From an uncultured Planctomycetales bacterium (GTDB lineage Bacteria; Planctomycetota; MHYJ01; JACPRB01), in the NCBI GenBank assembly GCA_964464755.1, contig CAYXGZ010000006.1, positions 17,445-81,444 on the forward strand: DNA of 64,000 nt, written 5' to 3'. The stretch's first letter is position 1, and each line of letters starts with the position of its first letter. A program made the position numbers and the translations under genes. Positions 20,001-29,148 of this stretch are shown here, piece after piece. A model generated the notes under the pieces. That model worked only from the letters and a program-made list of their open reading frames with translations, did not search any database and was not told where the DNA came from.

Positions 20001-21344
20001 ATGAGCCATTCCTGCAGGGATTGCGGCGAGGTGCCCGGCTTCCGCGGCGCCCGCTGGTCGCGACGGAACTTCCTCGGCGCGGCGGGCGGCGGCTTCCTCG
20101 GCTTCGCCGCGGCCTCGCAGTCCGAGCTCCTGGGCGCGCCCGACCTCGGCCTGCTCCTGCCCCAGGACGGGCCCGCGGCCGCCAAGGCCACCGCGAAGTC
20201 CGTGATCGTCGTCTGGCTGGCGGGCGGCCCCTCGCACATCGACACCTTCGACCCCAAGCCGGGCGTCGACAACGGCGGCCCGACCAAGGCGATCGCCACC
20301 TCGGCGGACGGCGTGCAGATCGCGGAGTACCTGCCGCTGGTCGCCTCGCAGATGAAGCACGCCTCGCTGATCCGCTCGATGACCTCGAAGGAGGGCAGCC
20401 ACGAGCGCGGCCGCTACCTGCTCCACACGGGCTACGCCCCGACCGGCACCGTCGTGCACCCCTCGATGGGCGCGATCACGGCCATGGAGACCGGCGCGAA
20501 GGACTTCGACCTGCCGAACTTCATCGCGATCAACAACCCGACCGAGGGCGCGGGCTTCCTGCCGCCCGATTACGCGCCCTTCGTCATCGACAACCCGAGC
20601 GCCGGCAACGACGGCCGCGTCGCCATCAAGAACCTCGCGCCCGCCAACGGCGACGACAAGCGCTTCCGCGAGCGCCTGAAGCTCCTCGAGGAGCAGGAGA
20701 AGGAGTTCGCCAAGGAGCGCTCGAGCGAGGAGACCGAGAAGCACAAGACGGCCTACGAGAAGGCCGAGAAGCTGATGCACACCCCCCTCCTCCGGGCCTT
20801 CAACCTCGGCGAGGAGAAGGAGGAGGTCCGCAAGGCGTACGGCTCCGACCGCTTCGGCCAGGGCTGCCTGCTCGCGCGGCGCCTCGTCGAGACCGGCGTG
20901 AAGTTCATCGAGATCGGCCTCGGCGGCTGGGACACGCACCAGGAGAACTTCCAGCGCGTCGGCGAGAACTGCCGCAAGCTCGACCCGGGCCTCGGCTCGC
21001 TGCTGAAGGACCTCGCGGAGCGCCGGCTGCTCGAGTCGACCCTCGTGCTCTGCCTCGGCGAGTTCGGCCGCACGCCCAAGATCAACAAGGACAACGGCCG
21101 CGACCACTACCCGAAGGTCTTCTCCGCCCTCATCGCCGGCGGCGGCGTCCAGGGCGGCCGCGTCGTCGGCGCCACCGATAAGGACGGCGTGGACGTGAAG
21201 GAGCGGCCCGTGTCGATCGGCGACCTGATGGCGACGGTGTACTCCTGCGTCGGCGTCGACGTGAAGAAGGAGATCTACTCGCCGCTCGGGCGCCCGCTCA
21301 AGTTCGTGGACAACGGCGCGCCGATCAAGGAGCTGCTGGCGTAG
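20001..21344 (+). CDS. DUF1501 (sulfatase-like) domain protein with Tat-like signal
   Basis: RRNFLGAAGGGFLGFAA twin-arginine-like leader. GGPSHIDTFDPKP motif typical of DUF1501. Confidence 0.85.
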   Translation: MSHSCRDCGEVPGFRGARWSRRNFLGAAGGGFLGFAAASQSELLGAPDLGLLLPQDGPAAAKATAKSVIVVWLAGGPSHIDTFDPKPGVDNGGPTKAIATSADGVQIAEYLPLVASQMKHASLIRSMTSKEGSHERGRYLLHTGYAPTGTVVHPSMGAITAMETGAKDFDLPNFIAINNPTEGAGFLPPDYAPFVIDNPSAGNDGRVAIKNLAPANGDDKRFRERLKLLEEQEKEFAKERSSEETEKHKTAYEKAEKLMHTPLLRAFNLGEEKEEVRKAYGSDRFGQGCLLARRLVETGVKFIEIGLGGWDTHQENFQRVGENCRKLDPGLGSLLKDLAERRLLESTLVLCLGEFGRTPKINKDNGRDHYPKVFSALIAGGGVQGGRVVGATDKDGVDVKERPVSIGDLMATVYSCVGVDVKKEIYSPLGRPLKFVDNGAPIKELLA

Positions 21345-21624
21345 GACGTTCCCGCAGCCCCGCCACGGCGAGGAACGCGGCCAGCAGTCCGACGCCGGAA
21401 CCGACCGGCCCCGCGGCGAAGGCCGCGAGCGCCAGGGCGAGCGGGACCAAGACCGGGACCGCCAGGGCCCTCGCCCCCCGCCCCCGGAGCCCCGCCGCGC
21501 GCAGCGCGAGCGCCCCGGCGAGGACGCCCCAGGCCCAGGGCCGGTGGGCGTGCAGCGCGGGGACGGCCGGGAAGACCGCGGCCGCGATCGAGGCCGCCAG
21601 AACCGCCAGGGAGTCCGGTCGCAC
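21325..21624 (-). CDS. possible small membrane protein (about 99 aa)
   Basis: GTG at 21624. Three hydrophobic stretches (LAVLAASIAAAVFPAV, WGVLAGALAL, VPVLVPLALALAAFAAG). GC3-rich codons. It would fill an otherwise empty 375-nt gap. No homology evidence. Confidence 0.25.
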   Translation of the reverse strand: MRPDSLAVLAASIAAAVFPAVPALHAHRPWAWGVLAGALALRAAGLRGRGARALAVPVLVPLALALAAFAAGPVGSGVGLLAAFLAVAGLRERPTPAAP

Positions 21625-21759
21625 GGCCCGATTAGACGGGATCGGGGGCCCTTCGCCAAGACCCCTTTCCCTGCCGGAATCGCTTGACGGCCAACGTCTA
21701 GGGTCTATACGATTTCGCGATTGCCCCTCCCGGGGCGGAACTCCATTGGAGATCCGGAG

Positions 21760-22896
21760 ATGAGGAAGCCTCTCCTGTCGGCGGCGGTGCTCGCGGCGGC
21801 CTTCGCCTCGGCGCCCCTCGCGAGCGACGCGCAAATCCACCAGCGCTGGAAGCTCGACTACTCGATGGAGAAGCCCCAGATCCACACGCACCGGGCCCCC
21901 ACCGGCGACCTCGAGGACTACTGGTGGTTCGCCTACACGCTCACGAACAACACCGAGCAGGTCGTCCCCCTCCTCACGGACATCGTCCTCTACGCCGAGA
22001 CCGGCAAGGACCTCCAGGCCGACCTCTCGAAGGTCGATCCCGAGCGCATCAAGTCCGCCTCGGAAAACTCGGCCCGCGCCGCGAACCTGAAGTTCGGCCG
22101 CTACGTGTCGAACGTCGTCGTCCCCGAGGTCGTCGAGCACGAGATCATCGCCTACCACGCGAAGATCGGGAACCGCTCCGCGGGCATCCTGCGGGAGTCG
22201 ATCGAGTCCCTGAAGGCCGGCGACGAGAAGGGCTCCCGGTACTACCTGAACCCGAAGGAGCTGCGGGCCCAGAAGTTCATCAAGCCCGGCCAGGTCCTCC
22301 GCGGGCTGGCGATCTTCCGCAACGTCGACCCCCGGTCGCGCTACTTCGAGGTCCAGGTCTCCGGCCTCTGGGACGTCCTGCGCATCGAGAAGTTCATCGG
22401 CGAGAAGGACGAGCTCGAGGACGTGAAGATCCACTACGAGAACCGCGTCCTGGTCACGCGCTACGACGTGCGCGGCGACGAGTTCGGCCGCGAGAAGGAC
22501 GTCGTCGTCCAGCGCGGCATCGCCGACTGGTCCATCCGCAACATCGGGCCGATCGCCTCCAAGGAGACGCTCGCGAACCTCGTCGAGACGCTGCTCACCG
22601 TCCTGAAGCGGTGGGAGGAGTGCGTGAAGACGAACGTCGCGCCCGCCGACCTCGAGAAGGAGATCGCGAAGTTCAACCTCTCGCCCCAGGACTTCAACAT
22701 CTCGGCCCGCGTCATCGGGCTGGCCCTCGGCAAGGACTTCGGCTACGACGTCTCCAAGAACCTCTTCGAGAACCAGGCCGCGGTCTGGCGCATCCACGAG
22801 TGGTGGGTGACGAACCGGAACCGCCTCGCGTTCAACGAGACGACGGGCCGCTTCGAGGTTCGCGAGGACATCCTGCCCGGCACCGTCCGCGACTAG
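21760..22896 (+). CDS. secreted hypothetical protein (378 aa)
   Basis: ATG at 21760 with GGAGA upstream. Signal peptide MRKPLLSAAVLAAAFASAPLASDA. Balanced, non-low-complexity composition. Strong terminator downstream. No domain recognised. Confidence 0.75.
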   Translation: MRKPLLSAAVLAAAFASAPLASDAQIHQRWKLDYSMEKPQIHTHRAPTGDLEDYWWFAYTLTNNTEQVVPLLTDIVLYAETGKDLQADLSKVDPERIKSASENSARAANLKFGRYVSNVVVPEVVEHEIIAYHAKIGNRSAGILRESIESLKAGDEKGSRYYLNPKELRAQKFIKPGQVLRGLAIFRNVDPRSRYFEVQVSGLWDVLRIEKFIGEKDELEDVKIHYENRVLVTRYDVRGDEFGREKDVVVQRGIADWSIRNIGPIASKETLANLVETLLTVLKRWEECVKTNVAPADLEKEIAKFNLSPQDFNISARVIGLALGKDFGYDVSKNLFENQAAVWRIHEWWVTNRNRLAFNETTGRFEVREDILPGTVRD

Positions 22897-22915
22897 CCTC
22901 CCGACGGAATCCCGC

Positions 22916-22951
22916 GGACCCCCGGGGCGACCCGGGGGTCCGTTTCATTTT
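22916..22951 (+). terminator. rho-independent terminator between convergent genes
   Basis: Perfect 11-bp stem GGACCCCCGGG/CCCGGGGGTCC (22916-22926 / 22931-22941) with loop GCGA, followed by GTTTCATTTT. The T-tract overlaps the stop codon of the convergent kinase gene. Confidence 0.7.
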
Positions 22952-24369
22952 CCGGCGGGCCAGCGGTGGCCACGCGCGATGGTGGCGCGCATGACGCGGC
23001 GGACCCGGGGCTTCCACTCCAGCGTCCAGGCCCGGTTCCAGCCCGCGTAGGCCCGGTAGAAGGCCAGGCGGTCCCCCACCGTCAGCGGCGCGGGCAGCGC
23101 GGCGTTGAGCTGCGCCAGATTGTGCAGGCGGCGCGACAGCGGGACCTCGCGGTAGAACGTCACGCGGTCCACGTCGATGACGAGGAACTCCGGGCCGACC
23201 TTCCGTTCCCGCACCAGGACGTTGTTCGCCTTCAGGTCGTGGTGGTAGACGCCGTTGGCGTGCAGGCCGCGGACGAAGCGAGCGAGGCGGCCGAGGAAGT
23301 CGCGGCGCTGCGCGACCGGGGCGCCGGGGAACTTCTTCGCGATGTGCCGGTCCAGCGTGTCCGCGTCCGCGATCCATTCCCCGAGCACGAGCCGGCCCTC
23401 GAGGGCCCAGAGCCGGGGCGTCGGGACGTGGCGGACCTCGAGCGCGTGCGCGTTCCTCCAGATCGCCCGGGCCTTCGGATCCTCCCGGACGAAGCGGCCC
23501 GCGTCGACCAGCCAGAGACGGCGGCGGCCGACGGCCTTCACCTCGCGGATCGGGTGCGCCCGGAGGATCGCCCGGGCCTGCTCGGGTTCGAGCGGCCGTC
23601 GCAGGAGCAGCCCGCCCGACTTCTGGAAGCCGGAGCCGGTGGAGAGGCAGCGCCCGGAGCGGCTCCGGGCGTAGCGCTCGCGGGCCGCCTCGAACTCCTC
23701 GCGCACGTCCAGGAGCCTCGCCTTGGGGACCCGGCCGCCGTGGTAGGCCTCGAGGAAGCGCACCTGGTCCGCGGGCCCGAAGAACGTGTGCAGCGAGTGG
23801 AGCAGGAAGCCCAGGCCCCGCGCCCGCTCGGACGCGGAGAGGTCGTCGTCGAGCTCGGCCCGGTGCACGTCGATGAGGTGCAGCACCGGCTCCGAGGGCG
23901 GTCCGGTGAAGAGGATGTTCCCGAGGTGGAAGTCGTCGTCCCGGACCCCGGCGTCGTGGACCCGGCGGACGAAGCGGCCGAGGGCGGCGAGCAGCGAGCG
24001 GCGCTCGGCGGGCGCGATGGGGCGCTCGACGGCGTCGCGCAGGACGCGGGTTCCGGGGATCTCCTCGGTCGCGACGAAGGAGCGCCCGTCGGCGACGCCC
24101 CAGGCGACGGGTCGCGGCGCGGGGATGCCGGCGGCCCGCAGGTGCTCGAGGATGCGGTATTCGTGCCGGGCCCGGTCGCGGAACAGGCGGCGCAGGCGCG
24201 CGGCCGGGCCCCGCGCCCGGAACTCCTTCACGTAGTAGACGGGCAATCCGGGGACCGAGATGCGGCGCACCGCCCGGGCCGAGTTCTCCTTGATGACCTC
24301 GGAGGGGTACGCCCCGCCGAGGATGCCCTCCGCCTTCCCGAGGAAGTCGGGATCTCCCTGCGCCTTCAC
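22945..24369 (-). CDS. tandem two-domain lipopolysaccharide kinase (Kdo/WaaP family)
   Basis: GTG at 24369 overlaps the upstream GT9 stop (GTGA). The first half has VHDAGVRDDDFHLGNILF...LIDVHRA. The second half has LHANGVYHHDLKANNVLV...VIDVDRV. The 456 nt upstream in the track ORF is read-through into the neighbouring gene. Confidence 0.8.
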   Translation of the reverse strand: MKAQGDPDFLGKAEGILGGAYPSEVIKENSARAVRRISVPGLPVYYVKEFRARGPAARLRRLFRDRARHEYRILEHLRAAGIPAPRPVAWGVADGRSFVATEEIPGTRVLRDAVERPIAPAERRSLLAALGRFVRRVHDAGVRDDDFHLGNILFTGPPSEPVLHLIDVHRAELDDDLSASERARGLGFLLHSLHTFFGPADQVRFLEAYHGGRVPKARLLDVREEFEAARERYARSRSGRCLSTGSGFQKSGGLLLRRPLEPEQARAILRAHPIREVKAVGRRRLWLVDAGRFVREDPKARAIWRNAHALEVRHVPTPRLWALEGRLVLGEWIADADTLDRHIAKKFPGAPVAQRRDFLGRLARFVRGLHANGVYHHDLKANNVLVRERKVGPEFLVIDVDRVTFYREVPLSRRLHNLAQLNAALPAPLTVGDRLAFYRAYAGWNRAWTLEWKPRVRRVMRATIARGHRWPAGK

Positions 24370-25367
24370 GGCCAGAGCTCCCTCGCGGCGGCGACGACCT
24401 CCGCGGCGGAGATTTCGTCCACGCGCCCCGGCCGGTAGAGGACGCGGCTCCTCGGGTTCCACGGGGCGTACACGGCGGGGTCTTTCGGCCCGAACAGGGC
24501 CACGCTCGGCGTCCCCGCGGCGCTCGCGAGGTGCAGCGGGCCGGAGTCGGCCCCGACGAAGAGCCGCGCGGCCCGGAGGAGCTCCGAGAGGTCGGTCAGC
24601 GAGGAGGTCTCCGGACCGAGTCGCGCGGCGCCGCCCGACGCGGCGACCACCTCCCCGGCGAGCGCCCGCTCGGACGGGCCCCAGGTCACGACCGAGGGGC
24701 CGGGCAGCCCGCGGGCCACCTCGGCGAAGCGCTCGGCGGGCCAGCGCTTGAGGCGGCCGGCCTCGCTCGTGCCGGGATGCAGCACGGCGTAGGCCCCCGG
24801 CGCGAGGCCCTCGCCCCGGAGCCACGCGGCCACGCGGTCGCGGCTCGACGCGGGCTCGGGGAGCTGGTAGCGGATGGCGCGCGGGAACACGCCCAGCGGC
24901 GCGAGCAGGCCGAGGAACTTCTCGACGCGGTTCTGCCTCGGCGTCGCCGGCTCGGCGCGCCGGTTGGAGAACAGCCAGTTCCCCTCCTTGCAGTAGCCGC
25001 GCGCGTAGCCGACGCGCACGCCCGCGCCGGAGAACCTCGAGTGCAGCGCGCCCTTCAGGTTGCCCTGGAAGTCGAGGACGACGTCGTAGTCCTGGCCGCG
25101 GATCCCGCGGAGGTACGTCCAGGCCTCGGCGAGCAGGTCCAGCCAGAGCCAGGGGCGGCGGCGCATGCGGTCCCAGCGCCGGCGGGGGTAGACGTGGACG
25201 GAGTCGACGGCCGGGTGGCCCTCGACGACGCCCGCGCAGCGGTCCTCGACGGCGAAGCCGAGGTGGACGGACGGGTAGGCCTCGCGCAGCGCGGACAGCG
25301 ACGGGAGCGTGTTGACCACGTCGCCGAGCGCGCTGAGGCGGACCAGGAGGATGCGCCGGGGGTTCAT
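24366..25367 (-). CDS. glycosyltransferase family 9 (LPS heptosyltransferase-like)
   Basis: N-terminal ILLVRLSALGDVVNTLPSLSALREAYP and C-terminal GADSGPLHLASAAGTPSVALFGP motifs of GT9. Confidence 0.85.
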   Translation of the reverse strand: MNPRRILLVRLSALGDVVNTLPSLSALREAYPSVHLGFAVEDRCAGVVEGHPAVDSVHVYPRRRWDRMRRRPWLWLDLLAEAWTYLRGIRGQDYDVVLDFQGNLKGALHSRFSGAGVRVGYARGYCKEGNWLFSNRRAEPATPRQNRVEKFLGLLAPLGVFPRAIRYQLPEPASSRDRVAAWLRGEGLAPGAYAVLHPGTSEAGRLKRWPAERFAEVARGLPGPSVVTWGPSERALAGEVVAASGGAARLGPETSSLTDLSELLRAARLFVGADSGPLHLASAAGTPSVALFGPKDPAVYAPWNPRSRVLYRPGRVDEISAAEVVAAARELWP

Positions 25368-25466
25368 CTCGCGGACGGAGCTGCGTCCAAGAGCATATCG
25401 GCGTACAGAGTACGGCTTTTCAATGCCGATTCCTATTGCGGACCTGGAGTGTTAGGATTCGACACG

Positions 25467-26267
25467 ATGGTCGTCCGTCTCGAAGGCTACGACACCGTCT
25501 ATTCCGGCCCCCACCTCGTGCTGGTCCGTCCCGCCTGGAGGCCCCTGCTCCTCGAGGCCCTCCTGGCCGACTTCCGGGACGTCCCGCCCGGGGCGCGCCG
25601 CCGGATCGCCGGTCGCACCGAGCATTTCTCCTACCTCCCCGCGGGGGCCCCGGACCGGATCCTCGTCCGGCAGCTCGCGCGGGGCGGCCTCGTCTCGTTC
25701 GCGGGCAACCTCCACCTCGGCCTGGGCCGGGTGCTCCGGGAGCTCGCCGCGGCCGACCGGGCCGCGCGCGCCGGGCTCCGCGTCCCCGAGATCGTCGCCT
25801 GCCGGGCCACGCAGGCGGGCGGCCCCTTCTGGCGCTTCACGCTGGCCGTGCGCGAGATCGAGGGCGCCCGCGACCTGCTCGCCGTCCTTCCGGAGGCCGC
25901 GCCCGCCGACCGGCACCGCCTGCTCGAGGACGTCGCGCTCGAGATCCGAAAGCTCCACGAGGCCGGCGTCTACCACGGCGACCTCAACGTGAAGAACATC
26001 CTCGTGCGCGGCCGCGAGGTCTACCTCGTCGACTTCGACAAGGCCGTCGTGCGCCCCGCGCGCGAGCCGGCCCGCGACGCCGCGAACCTGGCCCGCCTGA
26101 ACCGCTCCGTCGAGAAGCGGCTCCGCGACGTCGTCTCCCGCATCGACCGGCTCCGCTTCCTCGCCGCCTACGCGGGCGGCCGGGCGGGCCTGCCCGAGCT
26201 GGCCCGGCGCTGCGCCGCGGGCCTCGGCTTCCACCGGCTCTGGTGGTCCATCTCCGGGGCCCGATGA
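25467..26267 (+). CDS. lipopolysaccharide kinase (Kdo/WaaP family; KdkA-like)
   Basis: ATG at 25467, in frame with track ORF 24531-26267. KLHEAGVYHGDLNVKNILV...LVDFDKA catalytic motifs. Confidence 0.8.
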   Translation: MVVRLEGYDTVYSGPHLVLVRPAWRPLLLEALLADFRDVPPGARRRIAGRTEHFSYLPAGAPDRILVRQLARGGLVSFAGNLHLGLGRVLRELAAADRAARAGLRVPEIVACRATQAGGPFWRFTLAVREIEGARDLLAVLPEAAPADRHRLLEDVALEIRKLHEAGVYHGDLNVKNILVRGREVYLVDFDKAVVRPAREPARDAANLARLNRSVEKRLRDVVSRIDRLRFLAAYAGGRAGLPELARRCAAGLGFHRLWWSISGAR

Positions 26268-27241
26268 GGATCCTCGTGAAGGGCCTCAACTGGCTCGGCG
26301 ACGCCGTCATGAGCCTCCCCACCCTGCGCTCGCTCCGGGACCTGCACCCGAGGGCGACGATCGACGTGCTCACGAAGCCCGCGCTCGCGTCGCTCTACCG
26401 CGCGGCGCCCTACGTCGACGAGACGCTGCCCCAGGGCTCCTTCCTCGGCACCGTGCGAGCGATCCGCAGGGCGAAGTACGACGCGGCGCTCGTGCTGCCC
26501 CGCTCGTTCTCGTCCGCGTTCCTCGCCTTCAGCTCCGGCATCCCGCGCCGCATCGGCTACGCGTCCGGCGGACGCTCGGCGCTGCTCACGGAGGCGGTCC
26601 CGCGCGACCCGGCGCTGCTCAAGGCGCACCGGGTCCACTACTACCACCACCTGCTCGGGGCCTTCGGGACCCCGCCGCGCGCGGCCGGCCCGAAACTCGA
26701 GCTGCCCGAGGAGGCGCGCGCCTGGGCCGCGGAACGGCTCCCGGGCCCGGGGTCCTGGGTCGCCCTGAACCCGGGCGCGACCTACGGCGCCGCCAAGCAG
26801 TGGTTCCCCGACCGCTTCGTCGAGGTGGGCCGGACCCTCGCCCGCGACCACCGCGTCGCCGTGATCGGCGGCCCCTCGGAGGCCGCGCTCGGCCGCCAGG
26901 TCGCCGAGGGCATCGGCGAGCGCGCCGCCTGCCTCGCGGGTCGCACCGACCTGCCGCAGCTCGCCGCCCTGCTCGCCCGCTGCGATCTCCTCCTCACGAA
27001 CGACACCGGGCCGATGCACGTGGCCGACGCCGTCGGCACGCCGATCGTCGCCGTCTTCGGCCCCACGGACTGGATCAGCACCCCGCCGTTCGGGAAGCGC
27101 CACGAGATCGTACGGCACGAGATCGAGTGCAGCCCCTGCCTCCAGCGCGTCTGCCCGCTCGGCCACCACGACTGCATGAAGAAGGTCCGGGCCGACGTCG
27201 TCGCCGCGGCCTGCCGCCGCGTCCTCGGGGGCTCCCGATGA
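26264..27241 (+). CDS. glycosyltransferase family 9 (LPS heptosyltransferase II-like)
   Basis: ATG at 26264 overlaps the previous stop (ATGA). MRILVKGLNWLGDAVMSLPTLRSL and NDTGPMHVADAVGTPIVAVFGPT motifs. C-terminal Cys/His cluster. Confidence 0.85.
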   Translation: MRILVKGLNWLGDAVMSLPTLRSLRDLHPRATIDVLTKPALASLYRAAPYVDETLPQGSFLGTVRAIRRAKYDAALVLPRSFSSAFLAFSSGIPRRIGYASGGRSALLTEAVPRDPALLKAHRVHYYHHLLGAFGTPPRAAGPKLELPEEARAWAAERLPGPGSWVALNPGATYGAAKQWFPDRFVEVGRTLARDHRVAVIGGPSEAALGRQVAEGIGERAACLAGRTDLPQLAALLARCDLLLTNDTGPMHVADAVGTPIVAVFGPTDWISTPPFGKRHEIVRHEIECSPCLQRVCPLGHHDCMKKVRADVVAAACRRVLGGSR

Positions 27242-27999
27242 CCCGCCCCACGATCTCCGCCGTCGTCATCTGCTTCAACGAGGAGGCCGCGATCCGCGAC
27301 TGCCTCGAGTCGGTGAAGTGGTGCGACGAGATCGTCGTCGTGGACTCCAATTCCACGGACCGTACCGTGGAGATCGCGCGGGAGTACTCGCCCAAGCTCA
27401 TCCAGCGGCCCTGGCCGGGCTACATCGCGCAGAAGAACTTCGCCCTCGAGCAGGCGACGAAGGACTGGGCCTTCTCCATCGACGCGGACGAGCGCTGCAC
27501 GCCGGAGCTCCGCGCGGACATCGAGAGGGCGCTGGCGGCCTCGGAGGGCGTCAACGGCTACCGCGTGAAGCGCCACGTCCACTACCTCGGCCGCTGGATC
27601 AACCACGGCGGCTGGTACCCGGACTGGAAGGTCCGCCTCGTCCGCCCCGGCAAGGCGAAGTGGACCGGCGTCGACCCCCACGACAAGCTCGTGGCGGAGG
27701 GGACGACGCGCGACCTCGGCGGCGAGCTCGTCCACCTCACGTACCGCGACTTCGCGCACCAGCTGAGGACGATCGACCGCTTCGGCGACGTGGCGGTCGC
27801 GGAGTGGATGAAGGAGGGCCGCCGCCCCTCGCTGCTCAAGCTGCTCTTCCACCCGCCGATCAAGTTCCTCGAGTGCTGGATCTGGAAGCTGGGCCTGCTC
27901 GACGGCTGGGCGGGCTTCGTCATCGCGAAGGCCTCGGCCTTCTACGTCTTCACCAAGCACGTGAAGCACCGCGAGGCCTGGCGGGCGGCCCGGAAGTGA
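27238..27999 (+). CDS. glycosyltransferase family 2 (LPS core type)
   Basis: ATG at 27238 overlaps the previous stop (ATGA). ISAVVICFNEEAAIRDCLESV...IVVVDSNSTDRT and the DADE motif. Confidence 0.85.
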   Translation: MTRPTISAVVICFNEEAAIRDCLESVKWCDEIVVVDSNSTDRTVEIAREYSPKLIQRPWPGYIAQKNFALEQATKDWAFSIDADERCTPELRADIERALAASEGVNGYRVKRHVHYLGRWINHGGWYPDWKVRLVRPGKAKWTGVDPHDKLVAEGTTRDLGGELVHLTYRDFAHQLRTIDRFGDVAVAEWMKEGRRPSLLKLLFHPPIKFLECWIWKLGLLDGWAGFVIAKASAFYVFTKHVKHREAWRAARK

Positions 28000-29111
28000 A
28001 GATCCTCCTGCTCATCGAGAAGTTCGGCGCCGTCGGCGGCGCCGAGCGGCAGGTCGCGATGCTCGCCACCGCGCTCGCGGAGCGGGGCCACGAGATCCGC
28101 GTCGCGGCCGGCGAGGCCGGCGCCCCTCCCCCCGGCGTGGGCGTCGAGTCGCTCGGCACCCGGGGCCACGTCGAGTTCGCGGAGGCCGCGCTCCGCTACG
28201 CGAAGGAGCACCCGGCCGACGTCGTGCACTCGTTCGCGCGCACGCTTTCGCAGGACGTGCTCCGCCTCGGCGGCGGCGTGCACGCCGAGTACCTCCGCCG
28301 CATGGAGGCCGCCCGCTCGCCGATCGGCCGCTGGTTCAGCCGCTGGAATCCCAAGGAGCGCCGGATCCTCGACCTCGAGCGCCGCTCCTTCGAGCCCTCC
28401 GCGTCCCGCCTGATCCAGGCCGTGTCGGAGCAGGTGCGCGACGAGGTCGTGCGCCACTACCGCGTGGACCCGGAGCGGATCGTCGTGACGCGCAACGCCG
28501 TCGACACGGCGCGCTTCCACCCGGGGCTGCGCGAGCACCGGGCCGCGGTGCTGGCCGAGCTCGGCCTGCCCGCGGAGTCCTTCGTCGTGCTCTACGTCGG
28601 CGCGGGCTTCCGCCGCAAGGGCCTGGACCGCGCGATCGGCGCCATGGCCGCCCTGCCCCCCCGATCCCAGGCCGTCCTGCTCGTGGTCGGCGGCGGCTCG
28701 ACGTCCCGCTACGAGGCGCAAGCGGCCCGGCTCGGCGCGCCCGTGCGCTTCCTCGGCTCGCGGTCCGACGTCGAGCGCTGCTACGGGGCCGCGGACGCCC
28801 TCGTGCTGCCGACGCTCTACGACCCCTTCCCCAACGTCACCCTCGAGGCGATGGCCTGCGGCGTGCCGGTGATCGTGACCCGCGTCGCCGGGACCAGCGA
28901 GGTGATCCACGATGGCGTGGACTCCTTCGTCGTGGAGGACCCGGGCGAGCCGCGCGAGATCGCCGAGCGCCTCGCCCGCCTGATGCGGGGCCGGGAGCGG
29001 GACACGATGGGCCGGGCGGCCCGCGCGTCCGCGGAGCGCCGGCCCTTCCGCGCCGTCGTCGACGAGACCCTCGCCCTCTACGATCGCGCGCGCCGGCTCC
29101 CGGTTTTTTGA
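27996..29111 (+). CDS. glycosyltransferase family 4
   Basis: GTG at 27996 overlaps the previous stop (GTGA). C-terminal PTLYDPFPNVTLEAMACGVPVIVTRVAGTSEVI motif. Confidence 0.85.
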   Translation: MKILLLIEKFGAVGGAERQVAMLATALAERGHEIRVAAGEAGAPPPGVGVESLGTRGHVEFAEAALRYAKEHPADVVHSFARTLSQDVLRLGGGVHAEYLRRMEAARSPIGRWFSRWNPKERRILDLERRSFEPSASRLIQAVSEQVRDEVVRHYRVDPERIVVTRNAVDTARFHPGLREHRAAVLAELGLPAESFVVLYVGAGFRRKGLDRAIGAMAALPPRSQAVLLVVGGGSTSRYEAQAARLGAPVRFLGSRSDVERCYGAADALVLPTLYDPFPNVTLEAMACGVPVIVTRVAGTSEVIHDGVDSFVVEDPGEPREIAERLARLMRGRERDTMGRAARASAERRPFRAVVDETLALYDRARRLPVF

Positions 29112-29137
29112 CAAGGCCGCCGCCGGGCCTCTATATT
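29108..29137 (+). promoter_or_regulatory. near-consensus sigma70 promoter TTGACA-18 nt-TATATT for kdsB, overlapping the GT4 stop codon
   Basis: TTGACA at 29108-29113 and TATATT at 29132-29137. The ATG at 29149 is only 11 nt downstream, so the leader is very short. Confidence 0.5.
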
Positions 29138-29148
29138 CCGCCGGTCGC

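Noticed and set aside
24370-24825. N-terminal 152 residues of track ORF 22945-24825. Equivalent 5' extensions occur in ORFs 24531-26267, 25436-27241, 26800-27999, 27318-29111, 31916-33964, 49690-53223, 52026-53945, 53315-55042, 58563-60209 and 60199-62442.
   Set aside because: The extensions are Arg/Pro-rich read-through across the neighbouring gene in another frame. Family-typical N termini begin at internal ATG/GTG codons, several of which overlap the upstream stop (ATGA/GTGA).
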